DNA of 13,700 bases, from positions 1-13,700 of the forward strand of contig JAUQYZ020000174.1 in assembly GCA_030587475.2 (NCBI GenBank), read 5' to 3'. The notes beneath the pieces are model-generated. The model was not told the DNA's origin. It ran no database searches and was given only the letters and a program-made list of their open reading frames with translations. Positions within the stretch are counted from its first letter, which is position 1; every line of letters begins with the position of its first letter. Positions 6,292 to 13,700 of the stretch are shown piece by piece. The translations under genes and the position numbers were made by a program. This DNA is from Candidatus Sigynarchaeum calidifontis (lineage in GTDB: Archaea > Asgardarchaeota > Lokiarchaeia > Sigyniarchaeales > Sigyniarchaeaceae).

Positions 6292-6631
6292 ACCGGGAAT
6301 GGCATGATTCATATCTTTTCGTTCATGCACGTCCTTCCTTTTTCATGGCACCACCATTGTTTATTTTTTCGAGGCTACACCCGGCCGCGCTTTTCGTTTG
6401 TAAGGCGTGTTTGACAGCAGAAGTGACATCCGAAACTGTAGGTGCTTGATTTTCCATCGGGACACCGCCGTGCCCGCGCCCATCGAGGCCCGGTGCGCAT
6501 TCGGGAAGCTAGTGGAGCGGACGCGCGATGCAATACTGGCAGGTGGCCTGGCCAGCGCTGCGAGCTTGGTGGGCGAGATGCGTGTACCGATCACCAAATA
6601 TTTCTCGATACTCACGCGGCCGACCATCGGG

Positions 6632-6638
6632 TTAAATA
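6632..6638 (+). promoter_or_regulatory. Putative TATA box for the alpha-mannosidase gene
   Basis: TTAAATA in otherwise GC-rich DNA, about 45 nt upstream of ATG 6684. Confidence 0.4.
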
Positions 6639-6683
6639 GTCCACCCGTCACCCGTGACCCATCACGCACGAAAGTGAAACCCC

Positions 6684-9542
6684 ATGGTCAAGTACATCAA
6701 GGATTTTTTCCCCGTGTACCGCGAGAAGGGCGTCTATTCGGGCAACCCCCGTGATCTCAACGCCGAGTTTAACGAGTACGTGGAGCCGGACCCGGACAAC
6801 CCCGAGGCGTGGCTCAAGGAGGAACGCTTCGAGGACGATTTCAAGAAGCACCTCGCAGAAAAATGGGCCCTGAACTGGAAGGGCATCGATTTTTCCAAGC
6901 ACAAGTACTACGTCTGCGGCCAGAGCCACATCGATGTCGCGTGGTTGTGGCGGTACTGGCAGACTTGCCGCAAGGCCATCGTGACCTTCAAGAAGGCGGT
7001 CTGGCACGCCAAGAACGTCCCGAACTACGCGTTCGCCGCGTCCGAGCCCGTCTTGCTCGAATGGATCCTTCACGAGGACCCGAAACTCTTCGAGGACATC
7101 AAGGAACAGGTCAAGGCGGGGCGGTTCGATCTCGTCGGCGGCATGTGGGTCGAGCCCGACTGCCACCTGCCGAGCGGCGAGGCGTTCTGCCGTCAGCGGC
7201 TCTACGGCCAGCGATTCTACCTCGAGCACTTCGGCCGGCTCTCGCTCGTCGAGTGGGTGCCGGACAGCTTCGGGTTTGCAAGCACGCTGCCCCAGATACT
7301 CGCGAAGAGCGGCTCTCCTTACTTCCACACGACCAAGCTGTGCGGAAACTCGTACTCGCAGTTCCCGTTCGTGAATTTCTTGTGGGAATCGCCCGACGGG
7401 TCGCAGGTCCTCGCGAACCTCAGCCCCGGCGGGTTCGGGGCAATGAGCCGCCACGACAGGTTCGATCCCGTGCGGCGCTTGCTCAAGCCCGGGGTGACAT
7501 TCCGGGCGGATTACACGGTCGATAAGCCGGAGGCCGCCGACGTGTATTCCGACGAGATCCCGCCGATCGGCATGTTCGTCGGCAAGGGCGATGGCGGCCA
7601 TGGCCCCACCGGCGAGGAAGTCGCCGTGCTCGAACACCTCGTGGCCGAAGGCAAGGCCGAATGGATGAATGTCACGAACTATTTTTCCAAGGTGCTCGAT
7701 AAGACGAGGAGCCGCTTGCCCGTTTGGGCGGACGAGCTCTATTACGAGTACCACCGCGGCACGCTCACGACCCACGCGCTCGTCAAGCGCATGAACCGGT
7801 ACTTCGAGTGGCACCTCGGCGCCGTGGAGAAGCTCGTCGCGGCGGCCGGCGCCATGAAAGGAGCCGACACGGCAAAATGGTCAAGCCAGCTCCGGGTCGC
7901 GTGGAAGCTGCTCATGCTCAACCAGTTCCACGACGTGCTCCCGGGCTCCAGCATCCCGGAAGTGTACGATGATGTCTACGATTTATGGGAGTACCAGAAA
8001 ACCCTCGTCGATGAAGTCGAGAAGGAAGCATGGACGGCGCTGCTCGGCAAGATTCCAAGTACCACGGCTTCCGAAGCGGGCACGATCGTGTTCAACGCGT
8101 CCGGCCACGACGTCAAGGACGTGCTGGTCGAAATAACCTTCGACGGCAAGGTCGTCCCGAAGGTGGCCAATGTTAATGGCGAATTCGTGCCCGTGCAACT
8201 CGTCGAAGCGGATACCTTCAATCTCGATCCGCTCTTCGTCAAGCGACCCCGCCGGCTGCTCTTCAAGGTCTCGGTACCACAGCACGCGTTTAGCCAGGTC
8301 ATTTATGATAATGAAACTGGGGCCACGAAAGCTAAGACCTGCAAAGCCGAGGATACCGGCGAGGAAATCGTGCTCGAAAATGACCTGCATGCCGTGAAGG
8401 TTAGCAAGAAAACCGGCGACATCACGTCCATCACGGATAAAAAGCTCGGGAAGGAGATACTCGCGGCCCCGGGCGTCCAGCTCCACCTATACTTCGACTG
8501 GCACATGACCGAACAAGCTTGGAACATCTCGCCAGGGTACCGGGCCATGCCCATCCCGATCCCGCCGCCATCGCGCGTTTCCATCATGGAAAACGGGCCG
8601 GTGCGCTGGACCGTGGAAATCGAACGCGAAGCATTTAACGAAGACAGTGAATCGAAGGAGAACGGCATTTCGAAGATCTTCCAGCGCATTTCCCTCATCC
8701 AGGGTGCCCCTGGCGTTTACATGGAATTTCTGCTCGACTGGCACACGTGCGAGTGCATCGCCAAGCTCGATTTCTACATGGCATCCATGGGCGAGCAGGT
8801 CGTGTCAGAGGTTCCCTACGGCACGATCAAGCGGCTCGCCAATCCCAAGGCCAACCACGATGTGCCCCGGTGGGAGCAATATCACCAGACATGGGTGGAC
8901 ATTCCCTCGAAAGACCAGAAATGGGGCGTCGCGTTCGTCAACAACGGCCGATATGGCCACGACACGAAGGATAACCGTTTCGGCTTGACGCTCGTTCGCG
9001 GGCCGCTCTGCCCGAAACCCTCGGGAGAATCGTGGGTGAACAAGGAACGTGCCGACCGGTTCAAGGCCACGGGCGAGATCCCGCCGGCGCACGACGACCT
9101 CGCGTGCCACTTGTTCAAGTTCATCGTCGTGCCGCACGAGGGCACCTTCGACAAGTCGAAGCCATTCATCCCGGCCATCGCCCACTGGTTCAACGAGGGT
9201 TACGTGGCTTGCCCGGTGCTTGCCGGCGCCACGCTCGACGTTGTTGGCCAGCGGCTCGCGTGGATCGAGGGCACCAACGCCGAGATCGGTACCATCAAGG
9301 ACGCGGAGGACAAGAACGGGCGTGTCGTGCGAGTGGTGGAAACCGCCGCCGCTGGAGGCAAGGTCACGTTACGGCTACATTCCTCATTAAAAGCCAAGTC
9401 GGTTGTCGAGACGGACATCCTGGAACGTCCTATTTTCTCCACGTTCTTGACCACGGAGAACGACTCGACTGGTTTCATCGCGTCCGTGTCATTCACGGCC
9501 AAGCCGCACGAGATCAAGACATTGCTCCTCAAGAGCAGGTAG
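6684..9542 (+). CDS. Glycoside hydrolase family 38 alpha-mannosidase (cytosolic Ams1/Man2C1/MngB-like)
   Basis: Zn-binding SHIDVAWLW, GGMWVEPDCHLPSGEAFCRQRLYGQ, nucleophile motif W.PDSFG, GDGGHGPT, ELYYEYHRGTLTT, LNQFHDVLPGSSIPEVY, C-terminal PHEIKT. No signal peptide is apparent. Confidence 0.96.
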   Translation: MVKYIKDFFPVYREKGVYSGNPRDLNAEFNEYVEPDPDNPEAWLKEERFEDDFKKHLAEKWALNWKGIDFSKHKYYVCGQSHIDVAWLWRYWQTCRKAIVTFKKAVWHAKNVPNYAFAASEPVLLEWILHEDPKLFEDIKEQVKAGRFDLVGGMWVEPDCHLPSGEAFCRQRLYGQRFYLEHFGRLSLVEWVPDSFGFASTLPQILAKSGSPYFHTTKLCGNSYSQFPFVNFLWESPDGSQVLANLSPGGFGAMSRHDRFDPVRRLLKPGVTFRADYTVDKPEAADVYSDEIPPIGMFVGKGDGGHGPTGEEVAVLEHLVAEGKAEWMNVTNYFSKVLDKTRSRLPVWADELYYEYHRGTLTTHALVKRMNRYFEWHLGAVEKLVAAAGAMKGADTAKWSSQLRVAWKLLMLNQFHDVLPGSSIPEVYDDVYDLWEYQKTLVDEVEKEAWTALLGKIPSTTASEAGTIVFNASGHDVKDVLVEITFDGKVVPKVANVNGEFVPVQLVEADTFNLDPLFVKRPRRLLFKVSVPQHAFSQVIYDNETGATKAKTCKAEDTGEEIVLENDLHAVKVSKKTGDITSITDKKLGKEILAAPGVQLHLYFDWHMTEQAWNISPGYRAMPIPIPPPSRVSIMENGPVRWTVEIEREAFNEDSESKENGISKIFQRISLIQGAPGVYMEFLLDWHTCECIAKLDFYMASMGEQVVSEVPYGTIKRLANPKANHDVPRWEQYHQTWVDIPSKDQKWGVAFVNNGRYGHDTKDNRFGLTLVRGPLCPKPSGESWVNKERADRFKATGEIPPAHDDLACHLFKFIVVPHEGTFDKSKPFIPAIAHWFNEGYVACPVLAGATLDVVGQRLAWIEGTNAEIGTIKDAEDKNGRVVRVVETAAAGGKVTLRLHSSLKAKSVVETDILERPIFSTFLTTENDSTGFIASVSFTAKPHEIKTLLLKSR

Positions 9543-9569
9543 GGTCTCCGGCTATTACTTGCCCATTCA

Positions 9570-9596
9570 TTTCAGTTTTTTTGCACGTTTTTTTTT
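9570..9596 (+). terminator. Oligo-T terminator region after the alpha-mannosidase
   Basis: T7 and T9 runs (GTTTTTTTGCACGTTTTTTTTT) about 35-55 nt after TAG 9542, in the convergent intergenic gap. Confidence 0.55.
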
Positions 9597-9680
9597 ACAC
9601 ACGTGGCCGAAATAGCGAATGTTCTTACTTCGCTAGATTCGATGCAAAAACAGGATCCGAGATAAAAAAGGAGAAAGATT

Positions 9681-12600
9681 TTAGAAATTCACGAGCTTGC
9701 GCCGGATCTCGCCGATTTTCTCGTTGATCTTGTCGAGGGCCTCCTCGAACTTGACCCGGTACTGCTCGTATTCCTCGTCGGTCAGGATGCCCTTTTCTTT
9801 CTTGGCCTTGAGGTCACGGAGCGAGCGCTGCGCCTTGTATTTCTTTTGCTCCATCTTGACCAGCTCCCCGTACAAGCCCTCCTGGCCCTCGCCAGTGGAC
9901 ACGAGCGCACCGGGCTTGGCCGGTAACGGCTTTGCAGCGGGTTTTGGCAAGGCAGCGATCGACACGGGCTTCGCGAGACCTGGTGCCTCGCCCGGTGCCG
10001 GAACCGCGGGGATCGAAGGCGTGCCAGGGGGAATAACGCCTGGCGCGGCTGGCTTCGGGGGCATGATAACAGGGGCGGGTTTCTCGGGCTCGACATACTC
10101 GGCCTTGGGCGGGCCAGTGGTGATCTTCTTCGGCCCTTCCTTGGGGAATATGGCAGGGGCGACGTGCTTGACCTCGACAACTTTCTCCTTGACCGCGAGG
10201 TCGAAATCCTTGGCAAGCGTGTCCTTCGCGGCGGGCGGCACGTATCCCTTCTGCTTGGTCTTCTTTGCCAGCGCGGCGATGCTCTTGGAATGCGTCTGCA
10301 AGAAGCTATACTCGTTGAGCAACTTGGCGAACTCGTTGTAGATTCCCTCTTCGCGCGATGCGACTTTTTGCACCGAGATCTTCGCCGCGGGCTTGCCTTG
10401 CCGAACCGCCCTGGAGAGATCATGGATCTTGCGGATAATCGGCGGGTACTTGAAACGAACCTGGTAGAGCACGAAGTAGACGACCACGACCACGAGCGCT
10501 GCAAGTATCAAGTAAAACACCCATTCCGGAATGGCGCTACCCTGGTAGGCTTTTGTCTGGATCGTGTACTCATAGTTATTCTGGATGTCGAACTGGCGCT
10601 TGACCTCCGGATCCGCGAAAAAGACGCTGATGGTGACCGTATAAGTAGCACCGAATCCCTGGGGGATACCGATGCTGTACCGCCACGTCCCGTTGCCAAT
10701 ATAATTCATTTGTTTGTTGTAAATCTTTAGCGTGGGGCTCGAGATGTTAACGATGAGGGTATTCGCGATTCCATCGATTATTCCAATGCCCGTGGAAGTG
10801 TCGAATAGTTGGAAATCAAGACGCAGCGTGGATTGCGGGTCGACATTCGTGATCACGCTTTGCACGGGATTTTCCGGCGTCTGGTTCTGGTGGGGTACAA
10901 CCACTACAGGCTTTATCTGCAACACCGGGGCCGCTCTCCCGAGCGTGTAATTCGCACGATATGCTTGCACGATGAAAAACTTTGGCTCGGCGTAGAACGT
11001 GTTGAGATCCAGCGTGATCGTCGTGCGATACACGCCACCAGCGAACGTCAACGTGCGGTTCAGCGTGGTCCCGGTCTTGTCGTTCGTGTACGTGACCGTC
11101 ACCAGGGCATTCTGCACGGGGAGGCCATCCGTCGCTCGGGAATAATTCACCGTGATGGTAACCACCTCTTTCAACGAGATCGCCAAAAATGGTTGACCGT
11201 TGAAGAGCACGGTCATCGTCGTCGGTACTTCCAAAATATGTACCGTGATCGTGAAGCTCGCGGCGGCATAGTTCAGCTTGCTCGCGGTCAGGGTTATCCG
11301 ATAGATGCCCGGCGTGCCGATCGACGACGTGCTGAAGACCAGTATGTAATCGGTCCCGTTGAAGATGCTCGACGCTGCAGGATAATTTGCAACGAGCGTG
11401 CCGTTGATGAGTACATCGTTGTGTGTATCGTTGTATTTCACGGCCAAGGAGAAGTTTTGCCCCCAGACGTACTGCGTAACGTTCTGGAACATTGCAGGGA
11501 CGATCAATTCGGTCGGGAGATCGAGGACTTGCAAGTTGAAGCTGAATGCCGCTTGCGAATAATTGATCCACGATGCCGATATGATTACCTGGGGCGTTGA
11601 CCCGGCGAGTAGGCCGGCGATAGTACTCGTGTTGATGTCGATCAACCACAACCCGCCGCCGATGTTCGTCGCCGGGATCGTAACGCCGAACACCACGGCC
11701 CTGATCGTCGGTCCATTCGAGGATATGTTTTGACCGGTGATGATGTTTTGGTACGTTGCAAAAAGCCGAAGCGTGTCACCATAGTAAACGCGCGACGTGT
11801 CGCCATTGTTAAGATATGCGGTGCTGTTTTGCACGTAGAGCTTCGTCGGGACTTCGAGCACGATCAAGTTAAAGCGGAACTCGGAACCCGTGTAGTTCTG
11901 CATGTTGCCGGTCACGATGATCGTGTGCGTGTTCCCACCGCGGAGGAGGCTCGAGTTTATGAAGAGCTCGTAGTAGGCGAAGACCGTGGGCGTTCCATCG
12001 TCCACATATGTCGGATCAACGCCGTATGTTGCTTTAATGGATGCGGGGTTGCTATACGTGCCTACCTTCACGCCATCGAGCGTGTTCATGAAGTATACTC
12101 GCATGGTTAGGCCCGCTGACCAGTTGAGGGTCACTGAGCTCGTGATCGGCTCGAAAAGGCCCGAAGAGTTCTGCCATTGAACGGACAGGGTCGTCGGCAC
12201 CTCACGAATGGCCAAGTTGAACGAGAACGTTGCCGTCGTGTAGTTGACATACGAAGCGGAGACAATCACTTGCGGGGTCGAGCCGGCAGACGCGGGGATG
12301 ACAAAAGAGTCGAAAAACAGCGACCATTTACCACTGCCAGCCCATATACCCGTGATCGTGTATCCGTAAATGCGTGCCGTTACTGACACGCCAGCCAGGT
12401 TCGTGATATTGGCGGAGTTCAACGTGTCCGTGTAAACTGCACTTAGGGTAAAGTTTTTCGTGTAATACACCTGCAACGTACTCCCCGCGATAACCGGGAC
12501 ACTACCATTCATGACCGTGATGGAAGTGGGTACACTCTTCACCTCGAGGTTGATCGAACTGCCGCTGGGGTAGAAGAACCCGGCCTCGCCAGCAAGCGTG

Positions 12601-13700
12601 ATGTAGTTCGACGTGCCAACGTCAAGGTCAATCAATGTCGTGTTGAACACGAATATCGCCGTCCCGTTAGGGAGAATACTGGCGGGCGAATAGGTGCGTC
12701 CCTTCAGCGTTGCGGTGTAGGTCAGGCTCGGGTACTGGGTCTTCGAGATGAAGGTAGTTCCCATCAGGTCATAGAGCGCGCAGTAGATCGTGAAGGTTTC
12801 CGTGTAATTGACCGTGAATTTCTGGCCAGCGAACACGGTTCTTTCAAACGTGATGGTATCGGACACGTTCAACCGGGTCTGCAGCTTCAACGGGTACACG
12901 TAGAACGGCTCGCTCAGCAAGGTGAAATTCTGCCGGAAGATCGTTACTACAAGAGAGTACTGGCTGAAATCGCCGAGCTGTGTCGTCGTGTTGAGCGTGA
13001 GGAGATACTGTCCATTGCCCGCGTTGACGATGGTCGCGTTCACGGAGCCATAATTATACCATGTAGAGCTACCTTCGATAAATCGCATGTAAACGCTTGC
13101 TCCATCAACACGGCTCCCCGTCAACGTTGAATATGTAAATCTTACCGTGAAGTTGTTATTGAAATTCACGAAATACTGCCGAGATGCCGTGATGTTGACG
13201 AACGCCGGGGCAGCGGTCGAGCTCATCTCGATGGACAATCGTGTCTGCAAGTTCACGACCTGGATGGTCACGAGCAAGGATTCAGTCGTGTGATTCGCGA
13301 GCATCGCGACGAACGTTACCGAAAAGATGCCGGTCCCGCCAAACCTGCTGGAATTCACGCTGATCGAGATGTTCTCGCCGGCGCCACCGAAGATGATCGT
13401 ACCGGGGAAGGTGGTAGAGATGTTCCCGCTCGGTCGCAAGGCAATCGAAGGCATCGAGACCAGGTGGTAGCGAACCGTGAACGAGAGGACCTTGTTCCAC
13501 TCGATCGAGAATTGGGAATTCAACGGGCCGTTCAAATTGTACGCGTCGAGCTTCATGGGCACTTGTAACACTTCAAGGGTCACTGACGCGACGCTCGTGA
13601 CGTAGTTGGCACGGCTTGCCGTGAAAGTCAGGCTATAGATGCCAGACTGCCCGACAGAAACCGTGTTGATGGTCAACTCGTATTTTCCGCTCGCCGGATT
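9681..13700 (-). CDS. Very large single-pass cell-surface protein with tandem Ig-like beta-sandwich repeats, a TM helix and a long cytoplasmic tail; 5'-truncated by window edge
   Basis: The frame stays open to 13700 (NPASGKYELTINT...), so the TTG at 13676 is internal. About nine complete and one partial ~100-120 aa beta-rich repeats end in 'A...NY....F...V..VPT.L'. More than 30 N-x-S/T sequons by eye. TM WVFYLILAALVVVVVYFVLY (10464-10523), then a 260-aa tail. Confidence 0.9.
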   Translation of the reverse strand, partial: NPASGKYELTINTVSVGQSGIYSLTFTASRANYVTSVASVTLEVLQVPMKLDAYNLNGPLNSQFSIEWNKVLSFTVRYHLVSMPSIALRPSGNISTTFPGTIIFGGAGENISISVNSSRFGGTGIFSVTFVAMLANHTTESLLVTIQVVNLQTRLSIEMSSTAAPAFVNITASRQYFVNFNNNFTVRFTYSTLTGSRVDGASVYMRFIEGSSTWYNYGSVNATIVNAGNGQYLLTLNTTTQLGDFSQYSLVVTIFRQNFTLLSEPFYVYPLKLQTRLNVSDTITFERTVFAGQKFTVNYTETFTIYCALYDLMGTTFISKTQYPSLTYTATLKGRTYSPASILPNGTAIFVFNTTLIDLDVGTSNYITLAGEAGFFYPSGSSINLEVKSVPTSITVMNGSVPVIAGSTLQVYYTKNFTLSAVYTDTLNSANITNLAGVSVTARIYGYTITGIWAGSGKWSLFFDSFVIPASAGSTPQVIVSASYVNYTTATFSFNLAIREVPTTLSVQWQNSSGLFEPITSSVTLNWSAGLTMRVYFMNTLDGVKVGTYSNPASIKATYGVDPTYVDDGTPTVFAYYELFINSSLLRGGNTHTIIVTGNMQNYTGSEFRFNLIVLEVPTKLYVQNSTAYLNNGDTSRVYYGDTLRLFATYQNIITGQNISSNGPTIRAVVFGVTIPATNIGGGLWLIDINTSTIAGLLAGSTPQVIISASWINYSQAAFSFNLQVLDLPTELIVPAMFQNVTQYVWGQNFSLAVKYNDTHNDVLINGTLVANYPAASSIFNGTDYILVFSTSSIGTPGIYRITLTASKLNYAAASFTITVHILEVPTTMTVLFNGQPFLAISLKEVVTITVNYSRATDGLPVQNALVTVTYTNDKTGTTLNRTLTFAGGVYRTTITLDLNTFYAEPKFFIVQAYRANYTLGRAAPVLQIKPVVVVPHQNQTPENPVQSVITNVDPQSTLRLDFQLFDTSTGIGIIDGIANTLIVNISSPTLKIYNKQMNYIGNGTWRYSIGIPQGFGATYTVTISVFFADPEVKRQFDIQNNYEYTIQTKAYQGSAIPEWVFYLILAALVVVVVYFVLYQVRFKYPPIIRKIHDLSRAVRQGKPAAKISVQKVASREEGIYNEFAKLLNEYSFLQTHSKSIAALAKKTKQKGYVPPAAKDTLAKDFDLAVKEKVVEVKHVAPAIFPKEGPKKITTGPPKAEYVEPEKPAPVIMPPKPAAPGVIPPGTPSIPAVPAPGEAPGLAKPVSIAALPKPAAKPLPAKPGALVSTGEGQEGLYGELVKMEQKKYKAQRSLRDLKAKKEKGILTDEEYEQYRVKFEEALDKINEKIGEIRRKLVNF

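Noticed and set aside
3091-6519. AGTGGAGCG 9-mer shared by the two long intergenic regions (3091-3099, 6511-6519)
   Set aside because: A 9-mer match between two ~400-bp regions is expected by chance and does not extend.
6648-7814. Long antisense and alternate-frame ORFs over real genes (also 621-1094, 3338-3910, 4463-5296, 5281-6330, 9697-10341, 10816-11649)
   Set aside because: They are shadows of well-supported genes caused by codon bias and have no recognisable domains.
13674-13676. TTG start for the giant surface protein
   Set aside because: The frame is open to the window end and the position is mid-repeat with no signal peptide, so the true start lies outside the window.
1-13700. CRISPR arrays, tRNA/rRNA genes, transposases or integrases
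   Set aside because: No regularly spaced repeats, cloverleaf or rRNA-like segments, or recombinase/transposase motifs were seen by eye.

Overview
Archaeal genomic window, most likely from an Asgard archaeon (Lokiarchaeia/Sigynarchaeota-like). This taxonomic call is inferred from gene content, TATA/oligo-T signals, the LRR-cap style and the 'KYPPIIRKI' juxtamembrane motif; it is not proven. From left to right: a partial Uma2/DUF820 endonuclease (-, runs off the left edge); mvhD and an fwdG-like 2x[4Fe-4S] ferredoxin (+); a protein fusing an N-terminal C4C4 RING-like zinc finger to leucine-rich repeats (-); two paralogous 4x[4Fe-4S] FwdF-like polyferredoxins (+) separated by an AT-rich hicB-hicA toxin-antitoxin cassette bracketed by an 11-bp inverted repeat; fwdC (+) with a Lys/Ala/Pro tail; a cytosolic-type GH38 alpha-mannosidase (+); and, convergent with it, the 3' part of a very large sequon-rich single-pass surface protein (-, open past the right edge). 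That protein has about 10 Ig-like repeats and a 260-aa cytoplasmic tail with a Pro-rich linker and a coiled-coil/SHOCT-like end. The most intriguing candidates are the RING-LRR putative E3-ligase-like protein, the receptor-like giant membrane protein, and the scattered mvhD/fwdG/fwdF/fwdF/fwdC set lacking fwdA/B/D with duplicated half-size FwdF.
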